A stretch of DNA of 64,000 bases. It comes from Glaucostegus cemiculus. Its lineage: Eukaryota. This document shows, piece after piece, positions 51,780 to 64,000 of the stretch; position 1 is the stretch's first letter; each line of letters opens with the position of its first letter. The position numbers and the translations under genes were made by a program. The notes under the pieces were generated by a model. It had not been told where the DNA came from, did not search any database, and saw nothing but the letters and a program-made list of their open reading frames with translations. The stretch lies in NCBI GenBank assembly GCA_976551045.1, contig CDPCPM010000076.1, positions 18,228,001 to 18,292,000 on the forward strand. Reading direction: 5' to 3'.

Positions 51780-54349
51780 TTAACAGACATGTACATTGAG
51801 TAAACACAAAGACCTTACAAACCCTGAATAGAAGGAATGTGTTTAACTTGGTCATTATGGTTGAGAGTTTAATTTATCGTGGTGTAGTAGACAAAGGCCC
51901 ATCTGAGAGTTTAGGAGAGTTTGAGGTCTGAAGTTTTAATTCATCTGTTTATTGCTTTTGATATGGGGGGGCTTAGCTAATTATTCTATAAGACATCAGA
52001 CATCAGAACAGAGCTGGGAAAACACCAAGTGCCACATTGGTTGAGTAGTGTGAAAAAAAATTACATTAAAGGGGTGAATGGAGCTGATATGCTGCCCTGG
52101 AATTTTTGAAGTTCTTATTTTCAGTTTTCATTTTTTCTAAGTTTTTCTTGCATGGATTTATTTTTTAAAAATATTTCTACACAATCAATGATGTGTCCAT
52201 TCTGAAAAATCAGGGGAGAATTGGTCCAGTTCTAAATTTCTAATGGGGTCATAACATAGATAAGAAGGGCCCTCTAATTTGCATTTTATTATAATAACGT
52301 TAAGTGGTGCTGATTCTTTAGATATTCATGCAGATTTCCAAAGTTCATACTAGTACCAGTCATCCAATTGCTTGGGGACCTCCAGAGCTGTTGGAGTTTA
52401 AAGTATTTATAGCAACATCTTCATGCTTTTTCTGAAATGTTGTTTGTTATTTATTTTGGTTATTTCCTCTCTACACTTGGTATCTATAGGTCTGAAGTCA
52501 ACATACTTCTGCATGGGAATCCCTCTTATATTTGAAGAAAGAGGAAAAGCAATGGTGCAATGTCATGTGGGTCAGGCTGCAGCTGACACAAAGTGAACCC
52601 AGTTGCATGCAGTGGTGCATGTAATTGGCAATGATTAGATGGAACTGTATATAAGTCTTAGGATAGGTTATATAGCTATACCAATTTTATCTACTGAAGT
52701 AAAAGGAAGACAGGTTCCTGTGTCGCCTAATCTAATTTAAATTTTTTGAGCCAATTCTCAGCGGAGGAATTGCTCCAACTTCAAACTCCACCACTAGGCT
52801 TCATGAGGAAACCAACAATGGGGTGCAGTCAGCAAATCATCTGTGGACAACTGTCAGCAAGTTTGGGACTTCTACATGTACGTGCTCAAGTCCAGAACTT
52901 GTTACCATCTTGCCCACTTGTGCTGGCATTTCCCTTCCATATCCAATCTGACATCATTTTGCTGGAGATTTTTTAAAACACAAATTGCCCTTTGAAAGGC
53001 AGAAATCCATCTTTCTCTACAATAACAAAAAATTATCCACATAGCTTATCTATAATATTTTTTGTTCTTATTGTCAAATTTTCCCATTATTGTTTTGTAG
53101 ATTTGCATTAATAATGAAAGCAGTGTATAAATTTGTGTCACATAGTAACTGCACCCTCCAATGACTGTTTGGACTGAAGACTTTCCACATTATATCTCCT
53201 AGCTCCTCAGTCTATATTGAAAAGTAGTTGAAATCATTGAAATAATTGGGATTATTCCCTTCTTAAACTTATCTTGTCCAATAAAAATCTTCAACCTTAA
53301 ATACTAACGTGGAACTAAGATAGAATATATGATTTTGAAATAGGAATTGAGTTACATTGATATGCCCTGGTCCAACTATCCCCTGCCCTCTAAGAATTTT
53401 GTTTGCCTTTACTTTCTGTTTGCTATGACATGGGAGGTCAGCTGATATAACATTATAAACATCTTTTATGTGCACACATTTCCCAAAAATAAAACTTTCT
53501 AGACATGATTTAGAGTCACAAAATACCTATGCAAACATTTATAGAGGAGAATTCCAGAGAAATCTTCATATTTTATTTCCTTATGACGTAGGGGACCATT
53601 CAGTTAATTGAATCTATGCCAGCTCTTAGAACATTCCCATCAGCCCCTTCCTCCATTTATTTCCTTGTAATCTATTCTCTTTCGGATGCCCATTAAATAT
53701 CTTCTGTGAATATTTTATCTCCTTGCCAACTACAAATGAATAAAGTTTGGAAAAATCAGGCAAAATGAAGAAATCAAGACCAGCAAGAAGCACATTGGAA
53801 CAATCAAGTCCAGAGAATTTCAGTACTTTTGGTAGGCTGAGAGATTTTAGGGAAGTAGAAATAAGCAATCTTGGTAATGGATTAGATATTAGGTTCAAAC
53901 TCAGTTCTAGGTTGAGCGGAAGAGCAAGGTTAAGGATGGACTGGATCAGTCCAAGCTCGTGGCCAGGTCGGGAAACCATTCAGTTGTTCCATTATTAAAT
54001 TGGATTTTGGCTGATTTATGGCTCATTTTCATTGAGGTAAACAAGCCAAATTTGTGTCAGGGAACAAAAGTAATTGTGAAAAGTTACACTTAGTCTTAAT
54101 ACAAATGGCCTTTAATACCACTAAGGGACAGTACATATTTAACTAAAGGGTTGGGAAAGGATAGATTCTGCTGGTGATGATGTATAGGTCCATAAAAAAA
54201 AAGAATAGTTGATGTGCCAGCAGAAGTTCAAGAAAGCAAGTATAATGCAATGGAGCAGGATAACTGAAGAATGGAAGAAAATGACAAGGCCAAGTCCCTC
54301 ATGCAAAGAGATTAAAGAAAGCAATGGAGTATGAGCCTAGTTATTCAGG

Positions 54350-54717
54350 ATGCCACTTATTTGTAGGACTGCGGGGTTGGAGGTTGGAGGTGGTCGTCGG
54401 TGCGGGGTGAGGCAGGGGGGCTGTTAATGTTTTGATGTTTTTGTCCAGGTGTCCTTTATTGTCTTTGATGTCTTTTGCACATGTATACGTGTAAGTGAAA
54501 ATCGATAAATTGATCCTGAATTTAAGTTCAATCCCCTTAGCTTTTAAGGTGTAATGATCTGTACCATGCATTCTGCCAAGTGTGTATGTGTCTCTCTGTT
54601 GGTTGTTATGTTATTTTTGTATGGGACGAGCACCTGAGGAGGACGGTATATCGCTCCTCTGCATACTTTGTATGTATGTGGTTGTGACAATAAAACTGAT
54701 TCTGATTCTGATTCTGA
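54350..54717 (+). mobile_element. LINE 3' end with (GATTCT)n tail
   Basis: Tail matches 3430-3522; retained CpGs suggest a young insertion. Confidence 0.65.
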
Positions 54718-54864
54718 TGACTCTGGCTAAGACTATTGATGTTGCTGTAACTAACAAAGGCAGAGTAGAGATACTCTTGCAGGACTTGTTGGAGAATTAT
54801 GGAAGAGTTGGGCATGAATCTGGTAGATAATATTATTTAAAGACTGTAAAGAAAGCTTAGGTAG

Positions 54865-54970
54865 CAATTGAAGTAAAAATAAAAAAATACTGCAGATGCT
54901 GAAAATCTGAAATAAAAACACAAAATGGTAGATATACTCAGCAGGTCAGGCTGCTTCTGTGGGAGTAGGA
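54865..54970 (-). repeat. Penelope-like terminal repeat fragment
   Basis: aaatactgcagatgctgaaaatctgaaataaaaacac...actcagcaggtcaggctgcttctgtgg is the reverse complement of the 49895-49990 type. Confidence 0.7.
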
Positions 54971-56994
54971 ACTGTGATAGCAAGGCAAAAAAAGAGAAGG
55001 CAACAACACAGTCAACTACACATAGGTTTTATTTCCTTTTCCCTGGAGGGTATAGATCTCTCGCTCAGTAATACATAAGAAAACTAGTAGTTACAATATT
55101 GAACTTGGAGAACATCCCTGACTTTCAAACAATACCTATTTAACATTTAAAATTAGATATTTTTTAAGCTGAATAAATCTCGATGCTCTTGGTCAATCTA
55201 CATGGAATAAAAATCAATTCAAACTATAGAATGGCATGAATGCCATCAATATATTTGGCATTTCTGCCAAGAAACTGGATAAGAAAAAAAACTCTTGCAT
55301 TTGTTGTTTATGCATAGCTTGAGGAAAAGAGTGTTTTGCACATATTTTTAAGGGGCGAGGGGGCACTATGATAACAATTTCTTAAAGCATGAATGTGCCA
55401 AATTTGCAAACATTTTAGTTTCACCTTTTTTGAAATTAGGCAAATATAGTGTGCATGCAGCATTCCAGACAAGGATGAAATCCAATTCTACACATACACA
55501 TACTAATTTCACACTAGTTTTATCAATCTAAAAGTAATAAATTTTTTGGTGAACTTTGCACTGCCTCTGCCAATTTATAAGTAGAAATGTCCATTTGTCA
55601 TCTCACAAGTAAAGCACTAAGTAAGGAGAAAAAGTTTCAGAAAGCTAAACAAAGAATTGCCACGTGATGTCTGCTTTTCTTTCAATAATTTCAAATTGGA
55701 ATTTCAAAGGAGTTTATCAAAAGGAATAAGTAAAAATTCAAATGAAAAAGGGTCAACATATAGAACTTCAAAGTGAATTTAAAAAGTGATGAATTTGGAA
55801 TGGTATTGATTCTCTGGTGTCAGTGATCCATTCCAAATAAAGTGTTAGTTGAATACTAAGGAGTTAGCTTGGTTTATTTAGCAAATAACAACTTCCAGTG
55901 GAATGGTTCTTGGAAGAAAAGCAGAACATTGCATCTGAAAAAAAGTAAACAACATTGAATTTTTGAATTCCCTCTTATTAAAGATTTTATTAATTCTCAT
56001 ATTTGCAGAGCATGTTGATAGTTGGTGCAATATGAGGACGGACAGAAAGGACTGAATTATCGTCCATTTGCCAGTTTTATGACAGAGTAAGCAAGTGCTT
56101 TATGCAGTAATGTGGAAAGAGCCTTAGTTTATATTTATCTTCTCTGTGGCTAATGTGGGAAAGCTTTGTGGGAATTTATTGTTGGACAGCTGTGGATGCT
56201 GCAATTGGCAGCAAGTGACTTTACAGCAGTGCCGATTTCCACATTGTGAACTGCAATCTGGTCACTAGAGTTGTAGAGAGATCTTATCATGCAATAAACA
56301 TTTACTGGCCCAGATCCTGATGGAGTAGGACATCTCACTGTGTACCTCCCAGGCATTTGTTCTTGTCCTTTTAACTCAAGGTATTTTCTTCTGGAAGATG
56401 TCTAATGTGCAAACTGTTACAAGTACAGTGAGAGCCACAAGTCATCCAAGACCAACAATGTATCTCCTTAATCAATCAATGGAATTAAAAGACTGAGAAA
56501 GGGGGACAAAGAAGGAAGGGAAAATTAGTTCAATTCAGTTAAAGAAAGAAAAATTTAAAAAAAGAGCCAGAACAATTGGATTGAGGGAGAAAAAAAGAAT
56601 AGGAATGAAAAGTAAAATAAGAATAAAATATTTAAGAGAAACTCTACAGTTTCATTTTTTTAAAAAATTTTTGGCTTGAATATGTTGATTTGCATTGCAA
56701 AAGCATAAATTTCATTGGTCAAGAATTTGCAATCTATGGTAAGGCACTTCCTTTTTCACTGCCCTTTTCACCGCCCTTGATGAAAATCACCCACAAAAAT
56801 CTAGCAGTCTGTGGTGAGGCAACAGTTCTGGTACACAAGAAGTTTAACGCTACTAAATTGGCTGAGTAGCATGAAAACTCTTACAGACAACATGTGTAAG
56901 AGAAAACATAATAATCAATTAATGTTTTACATATTGTACAGAGTGTTGAATAAAGATTACAACATATGTGATTGAAGCTGAAACATATATATAA

Positions 56995-57300
56995 AGGTAT
57001 GAATTGAGTGCAGGAAAAGGCCACTCAGCCTGTTGAGATTGCTCTGTCATTTAATAAGATCATGGCTAATCTGACTGTAACCTCACTCTGCACTCTGTCT
57101 ACCCATGACAAACTTTCATGCCCTTGATTATTAAGAATCCTGGCCTTAAAATATTCCAGCAATCCACTTCCATCATCCCTTGCGGAAGAGAGTTCCAAAG
57201 ACTCAAAACTCTCCGAATGAAAAAATACCTCATCTCTTTCTAAAATGGCAACCCTTACTTTTAAAAAGTGAACTTTAGTTCTAGATTCTCCAACAAGGAA
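56995..57300 (-). mobile_element. CR1 3' tail
   Basis: gcaggaaaaggccactcagcctgttgag..tttaataagatcatggctaatct...ggaagagagttccaaagactc...ctagattctcc. Confidence 0.75.
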
Positions 57301-59619
57301 AGCTTATTATTAATAAACTTAAAAAATACTGCGTGTTTTTCCTTTATGCCACTTATAGAATTTGGACTGTTAAAAAGACACCCAGCTTGTAGCAGCAGCT
57401 CCAACTTTCTAAAGTGAGTTTAAATGGAGATTAATTTGCAAATGCAGAGAGAGATTAAAATTGATCTTATGTTTTCATTAAATGGATTGGTGCAAATTAC
57501 CTAGTGATTTGCAATACAGGATCTCTCTTCTTGTGCAATTTATATGCTATAATGGTAAGCAACATTAACTTGCCATTATTTTTGTAGCAAAATCTAAGCT
57601 GTAATGTATGACAGCATTCTTCATTGCAGCTATAACTGGTACTGAGCACAATCTCCTAAACCTAAATGGTGTGTGTGTGTGTCTGGGGGGGGGGGGGGAG
57701 TTGGATGCAGACTATATGATGGACAATACATGCTGTCTGTCTTGCCCTACTGAGGTGAGAAAGCCTGATCTTTTTTCCCCAGGAGTCATCAACAACATTT
57801 TTAAAGTTAGAATGTTCTCAGAACTGAAGAACTTAATCAGCAGAAATAGACACAACAATCACTGCTGGGAATACTTAATCAAATTTCATTTCACCCAGTG
57901 AAATATTGCACCATCGTAATGCATCTTTTGGCATATCCTGATTGATTAAAAGCCAAATACATCACTACATTTTAATTTGTTAATTTATAGCAATCAATGC
58001 AGAATGATTAACTACAGTTAAGACTTCAGCATTTTTGACTCAAGTCATTGCTTCCCTTGCTTTTTCAATACAGGCTTATAAACATTGTACACATTTGAGA
58101 ATGAGATTTTCAGAAACCAATACATTGTTTTTGCTGTGATTAAAGTAATAAGGCTTGAAAAATATGACAAGGTAAGTTATATTTGAATTGCAAAGTTAAT
58201 GATGTGAATGGATGAGGAAGTCAAGTTGCTTGCAAAACTTTGTGAATTAACTTAATGCAATCCAAGGTCATCAGTCTAACATACTTCAGTTTTACGTTCC
58301 ATCAGCTTGGCTTTCAGAGAATCTTTGCAATTAATTTTGATAGATCTTCTTTAGGAGGCTTCAGTTACAACCTTCCATACTTAATGTGTTAACTTAATGC
58401 CATTTTGACAACACATGGGGTTGGAAGCTTAACCAAAAGTGATTCTGAGGTTAAAAACCCTCTGACTGAAGTAGAGAGAGTGGCCTGGGAGCTTGATGGA
58501 GTCAATGGCAAGGTAGGAGAAGCTTGTGGTGTGTTTTTTCTCTGTCTACAATGTGATAAAAGTGTAGCTGAACCACTTACCTCCATCTCACTGACAAAAT
58601 AATCCATACACTTTTGTATTTGATGTTAGATGTGAGGGTGGAAGGGGCAGAGTAGAGGGGTTTAGTTGGTGGTCTACAGAAGAAACTGAGGCATCTTTTT
58701 GCTTCGTGGGTATGACTTACAACACAGAAATGTGATCCTTACCCTTAAGGTCTGGTGATGCATGGACAAAGCAATTATGTCTAAATACTGAATGTACTTG
58801 AGGAAGCCACAGGTGGGGATCAACCCAGTTGAAGTAGAGTAAAAGCTTTGCTGAGGACAAGGAAATCAAAGGTGGATCATTAGAAATGGTCGATAGTAAA
58901 TTGGTAGCTCAAAAATATTTTTGCAAAGTGAGACATAGAAAGCACAACAGAGTAGTGTATATAGAGGTAAGCAGAGATATTTATGGGAGTTCACACTGTA
59001 GAAGAAATAGTAGGTGCAGCTGACTACCCGCGAGAGGTCTTGAAGGAACTCCAATTATCAACTCAAATAAAAGCATCTATAATTCAAGGACATAGGACAG
59101 AGGGATACTGAATGGTCCAAAAATAATTCTCTGCCATGCTTCATACAAGGTAAGATAGCCTTGTTTTGCCCATTCAAGAGAGAAACATGGGAGGCCCACA
59201 AATATATGGCCAACTCTGGATAGTTTGTTGGGCATCCTAACTCTTTTAGGTAGAGGTGGAAGAAACTTATGTCACCTGAGCCCAGTAGCACATTTAGTTG
59301 CCATCCTGAGATGTAGCTGATGGGATAAAGAGGTTGGACTGTAAGGGCAGATCAGCATTCTGAGGCTTAAACAGTGCTGAGCTATACCTCCCACATTATA
59401 GTTAGTGTGAAAGGTAAGAATCAGGTAGACAGTTGCAGACCTCTCATGCAGTTATCCACTTGACTCATGAGAATACAGGAAAATACTTACAGTGCACTGA
59501 ATGAGGGATTATCATCCTTGTGAATGAGGTTTGAGGCTCATGTACGTGAGACCCATTTTCAGAAATAGTGGTCACATTTTAGGATTTTTAAAAATATTTT
59601 CTCATGGAAATGATTTGGG

Positions 59620-59818
59620 AAAACAAATGCTAGAGGAAGTGGTTGAGGCAGGTACATTAACAACATTTAAAGGCACTTGGACAGATACATGGATAGGAAA
59701 AGTTTAGAGGGATATGGGCCAAACACAGGCAAATGGGTCTAGTTTAGATGGGAATCTTGGTCAGCATGAACCAGATGGGCTGAAAGGCCTGTTTCTGTTC
59801 TGTATGACACTATGACTT
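59620..59818 (+). mobile_element. CR1/HER1 3' tail
   Basis: gaggaagtggttgaggcaggtaca...tttagagggatatgggccaaac...ggcctgtttctgttctgtatgacactatgact. Confidence 0.85.
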
Positions 59819-59989
59819 TAACAACTACTTTTACTGATCTGTGTGTAAAAACATGGGATTCCAAGTAAATAAAGAATAAAAGCTGGGATGAGAACTGGAT
59901 GAAATGCTGTTAACTCATGTAATTTATCTAGTTACTGCAAATAAATAATTCATTAGCCTGCTATATGACCAATGAGATGTGCATTTAAA

Positions 59990-61685
59990 AAAATATAATC
60001 AAACTCAAAGAGGATAAAAATTCTGATCCACATGGATTACATCAATGCATTTTGAAAGCATCTGAGGAACAGATGCAGAAGTATTGCTGGACATCTTTAA
60101 CAATTTGTTAGAAAAGATAGACTAGGAGACTTGTGATTAGGTAATGTGATGCCTATACTTAAGAAGGCAGAATAGGATGAATTGATCAGTCAGTTTAACA
60201 TTGATGGTTGGCAACCTGATTAAAGAAGAGAATAGAAGAACATTTGGAAACAAAAAGTATAAAGAAAAATTGTCAGCTGTTTCAAAAGGAATGATCACGC
60301 TTGACCAGCATTATTGAATTTTTGAATTGGTAACAGAGAGAATCGACAATGATCAAAGAACATATGTAATGTCACTCAGTTTTCAAAATGTTATTGATAA
60401 GATGCTCCATAATACTAATGAATGTCAGAAGATCCAGAGTCAGTGACAAGCAACAGAATAAAGTGCCAGCTGGCTTCAAAAATAAATCAGAAAGAGGAAG
60501 GCGTTCACAGTGGAAGTGGTATTCTGTAAGGATCAGCTGCTAGACAACTGCTGTTCACAAATCACATTAAAGGTTTAGACTTAGAAATTAAAAACGTAAT
60601 TTCCAAATTTGAAAATTATGCCAAATTGGGATGGGGGTATTGGTGGGGCTGGGGCTGTGAAATAGCCAATACTGTAGAGACAAACAAAATAATAAACTTG
60701 CAGAACAGGCAAATAATTGCAAATGAAGTTCAGTGCAAATAAATGCAAGTTAATACATTTTGGTAGGAAGAATAGAGAGATAACTTGGAAGGTACAAGTC
60801 TGGGTGGAATAGAGGAGCAAAAGGGAACTTGAGGAACAAATACCTCAATCATTAAAAGTTGTGCCGCAGGTCAGCAGGCTTGTAATAAAAACAAAACACG
60901 AGGATTTATTTCTCAAGGATGGAACTGATAATAATCAGTTATTCCAAACCTGTATTGAATGTTGGTTAGATCAGATTTAGAGTACTATGATTCTAGTCAC
61001 CATATTACTGAAAATATTTGGAAGCATTGGAGAGGTGATACCAGAAATGCAATAGTATACGTATTGGGAAAGGATGAATAGATTGGGTCTCTTTTGGCTT
61101 AAGTAGAAAAGGCTGAGCGATGATCTATTGGAGACCTTTAAAATTTGGAAAATGAATGCACGGAGTAGATATCCAAAGGATGTTTCCTTTTGTGGGAGGA
61201 GCAGAACCAGAAGACATCAATAATATATAGTCACCAAAAAAATCTGATAGGAAATTCAGGAGAAACCCTTTCAATTCCGGCCACTGTCTGTAAGGAGTTT
61301 GTACGTTCTCCCTGTGTCTGCGTGGGTTTCCTCCCACATTCTAAAAAGGTGTATGGGTTAGGAAGTTGTGGTCATGCTATGTTGGCGCTGAAAGCATGGC
61401 AACACTTGCAGGCTCCCTGCAGAATACTCTACACAAAAAGATGCACTTCACTGCCTGTTTCGATGTACACATGATTAATAAAGATATCTTATCCCATCTT
61501 ACCTGAAGAGTGATGAGAATGTGGTATCACTGCAGAGTGTAGTTGGACAAATAGAGTAGATGGATGTAAGGAAAGGCTGAACAAGCATATGATGGAGAAT
61601 GGACTAAAAGGTTATGCTGACGCGTTTACATGAGGAAAAGGGGCCTGTTTCTCTGCTGTATATTCTGTGTAATCCTATGTATGAT
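59990..61685 (+). mobile_element. Decayed CR1 RT-to-3' end, interrupted by a SINE
   Basis: Remnants NVMPILKK, SRLTSIIEF, ISKFENYAKLG (FADD equivalent), WQMKF-like and IHFGRKN; 3' tail ggcctgtttctctgctgtatattctgtgtaatcctatgta. Confidence 0.8.
61270..61500 (+). mobile_element. 5'-truncated V-SINE (HE1-like) inserted in CR1
   Basis: Starts inside the B box (ttcaattccggccactgtctgtaaggagtttgtacg); same family as 5287 and 43818. Confidence 0.85.
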
Positions 61686-62560
61686 AATTGTGCAAATCTA
61701 GATTTGGGTTAGATATCAGAAGACATTTCTGTTCCTAGAAGATAAGGGACCTCTGGAATAAATTAATTGCTCAAGTAATGGAAGATAATTTGCTGCATTC
61801 CTTCAAGCAAGAGCATGGTCAGGTTGGAGATAACTCCTTGCAGCACTAAACATTGATGAGTTATCAGCTGCACAATGTTATCCTACATTAGTTTCAATTA
61901 GTTGGTGATAATGATGGTGGGAGGGTGGGTTTTGAAGAGCAATTTTCTTAATTCCTCCCCAAAATAACAAATAAAATCCCAGCATCGATTTGGGATTTTA
62001 CATATTGCTTTGCTTCTCAGGCAACCACATGATTTGGGTAGGGCGGAGAGTGAATATATTACCAATGATTAATATTTGATTAATTTTGATGTAGGACAGG
62101 CTGGATGGACCAGTGTACTTTTGGTCATTTATCTTTGATGATTATTTTTTTGTTTGTTTGTTATTTGATCTATTAGAATGCATTACTGTTATTTCTGTTA
62201 TAATCCCTTTATTAGTTGGCAGTTCTTTATTGGTCAGAATCATTTACTAGTTGATTCTCTTTTATGAATGTGAACAATTAACATTTCTTTATCATGCAAT
62301 TCATTTATTATGATATTTCTTTAAAACATGGCTATATGAGGAGATGTCTCTATACTCAACTAAGTTGGTTTTATCAACTAGAATTAGATTGTCACACAGT
62401 ACACTTTGTTTGTAATACCAAAATACTTTAATAATTACTGATCTTTTGATAACTTTTGATTCTTAATCTGTTGTACTTTAAAAGATTGCTGTATTGATTG
62501 GCCAATTGTTATTTATTTACCAATTAATAATTCTGAAGTACTAATATTCATTCACTTTAC

Positions 62561-62667
62561 CTGTCTTGTTGTTTATGTCCATCTTGATCTTGTGCCATCA
62601 CCAGAATGGAATGTTCTGAAGGTTGTCTGGTGCTCTGGGTAGAATTACACAGCTGACAGTCATGGAC
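62561..62667 (-). CDS. FRMPD3: Candidate upstream coding exon of FRMPD3 (VHDCQLCNSTQSTRQPSEHSILVMAQDQDGHKQQD-S)
   Basis: Minus-strand pyrimidine-rich acceptor cttattcttattcaatctcag, 107-nt open frame, donor AG|gtaaag. It ends in phase 2, matching the phase-2 start of exon 51536-51690. No strong homology was recognised. Confidence 0.55.
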
Positions 62668-63459
62668 CTGAGATTGAATAAGAATAAGTGTTACAGACAC
62701 TGTAAACCCTAATAACATGCTGACAAGACCTTGACTTGCCTGACGCAAAATGCTCTCCAAAGAGAACAGCTCTAAACTGAGAAAATACTTGTGGTTAATA
62801 TTCATGTTTGTATGCCCAGTGAATACTGTTTCATCCCAAAACAGGAATCCTTCATAATTTGCTATTCCAGTACATTATATTTATCTACATTAAAATGCAG
62901 CTTCCCAATTGTTTAATTATTCCAGGATATATAATGAATGCTGTTTATCTCTTTTACGTTGCTACCTATCCTTATAACTTCCCACCATCAGTTACAATTA
63001 TCACACTGCAGTATGTATTTTCCTCTAGGTCACTTATATGAATAGTTTCAGCCCAAGAAAAAAATTGGGTGGAGATAATAATGATGTAATTTATATCTGC
63101 TTTTGCATTCGCTTCTTAGAGTCACTGCACTTAACAGTATATCTACAATCAGCAAATCCAAAGCATAACATCCAAACTGCAGAGCTTAGACAGTCAATGT
63201 TCAAAATGTATTTCTTTTCAGTTTAATTTGGGATGCTTCAGTAGGGTTTTGTCATGCTGCCTGCAGCTTGTGGTCATGGAAATTGTCAGATATACTTCAC
63301 CCCAGAGGTCCTTGTCACTATTCCATAGTCTGGTACTGTCAGTATTAAGAATTAAAATCATAGAAATGGAGATACTAATGGCCTTTATGTTGCATTGGGT
63401 CTGGACAAATTTCCATGTAAAAATATTTTTAGCACATATTTTTAATTGGATATATTACA

Positions 63460-64000
63460 GCATAGAATCATAGGAACAGGGGTAAGACATTTAACTTCTT
63501 GAGCTTGTTCTGCCATTCAATTAAAGCATGTACGTTTTGTATCTTTATTCAAACATCCCTACTTTGTTCCATCACTTTAATCCCTTGTCTAACAAAAATC
63601 AATCAGTCAAGGTTCTGAAAGTTTTAATTGACGTATCCTCAACAGCTTTTGCCGTAGGCTTTATATTCTGAAATGGAACAAATTTATTCAAAAAAGGAGC
63701 ACTGTATCTCCTTCAGTAACTAGTGTGATTCAAATATTGTGCTCACTGGCCTCTGATTTGAACCTTTAGTGGCCATTATTGATAGACCGGAAAGAGTTGG
63801 GTGAAGTGATATATCTATTGTTCTCAGTTTTGAATTTTTCAACTGACCTAGCCTCAGTAGCTTTTTGGGAAAACATTCCAGATTTCCAATGACTTTGTAT
63901 TTTCAGGCGGTGGCCTTGAACTGAGATATTGCTATTTTTGGTAGTGCAACACCTGGTTTAGACTCTTCCACTAGAGGAAATTGTTTCTCTCTCTCTGTGG
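63460..64000 (-). mobile_element. CR1 3' tail fragments
   Basis: catagaatcataggaacaggggtaagacattt...ctgccattcaatt and ctcagtagctttttggga..attccagatttcc..tagactcttccactagaggaaa. Confidence 0.65.

Noticed and set aside
53626-53998. Overlapping 117-aa and 83-aa ORFs
   Set aside because: They span decayed L2/CR1-like sequence and show no homology or splice support.
57669-57700. (GT)n plus G-run; also (TTC)n at ~8704-8723 and C/T runs at ~46791-46809
   Set aside because: Ordinary short simple repeats.

Overview
Eukaryotic, AT-rich vertebrate genomic DNA, most likely from a cartilaginous fish (inferred from repeat content: HE1/V-SINE-like tRNA SINEs, CR1/HER1-like LINEs, DeuSINE-like copies, abundant Penelope terminal repeats). 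The window lies almost entirely inside one minus-strand gene, FRMPD3 (FERM and PDZ domain-containing 3; FRMPD4 is the alternative call). Seven coding exons have clean GT-AG boundaries and join in frame: 51536-51690, 41800-41902, 18157-18202, 13422-13526, 10951-11058, 7429-7560 and 5952-6071. They encode the PDZ domain and the start of the FERM domain. A candidate further upstream exon lies at 62561-62667. The introns hold decayed mobile elements: CR1 (ORF1 esterase and RT), a young Rex1/L2-type RT fragment, L2, a Tigger/pogo transposase fossil, a Penelope-like element with inverted terminal repeats, SINEs and a 26-bp minisatellite. I found no convincing novel multi-gene system. The best leads are TSD-flanked fold-back Penelope-terminus elements with decayed hammerhead-like cores, an inverted young-LINE pair bracketing six exons (circRNA/dsRNA prediction), and the candidate upstream exon. 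Exon coordinates were read directly from the sequence. Repeat boundaries are approximate, and family names come from remembered consensus motifs, not database searches.
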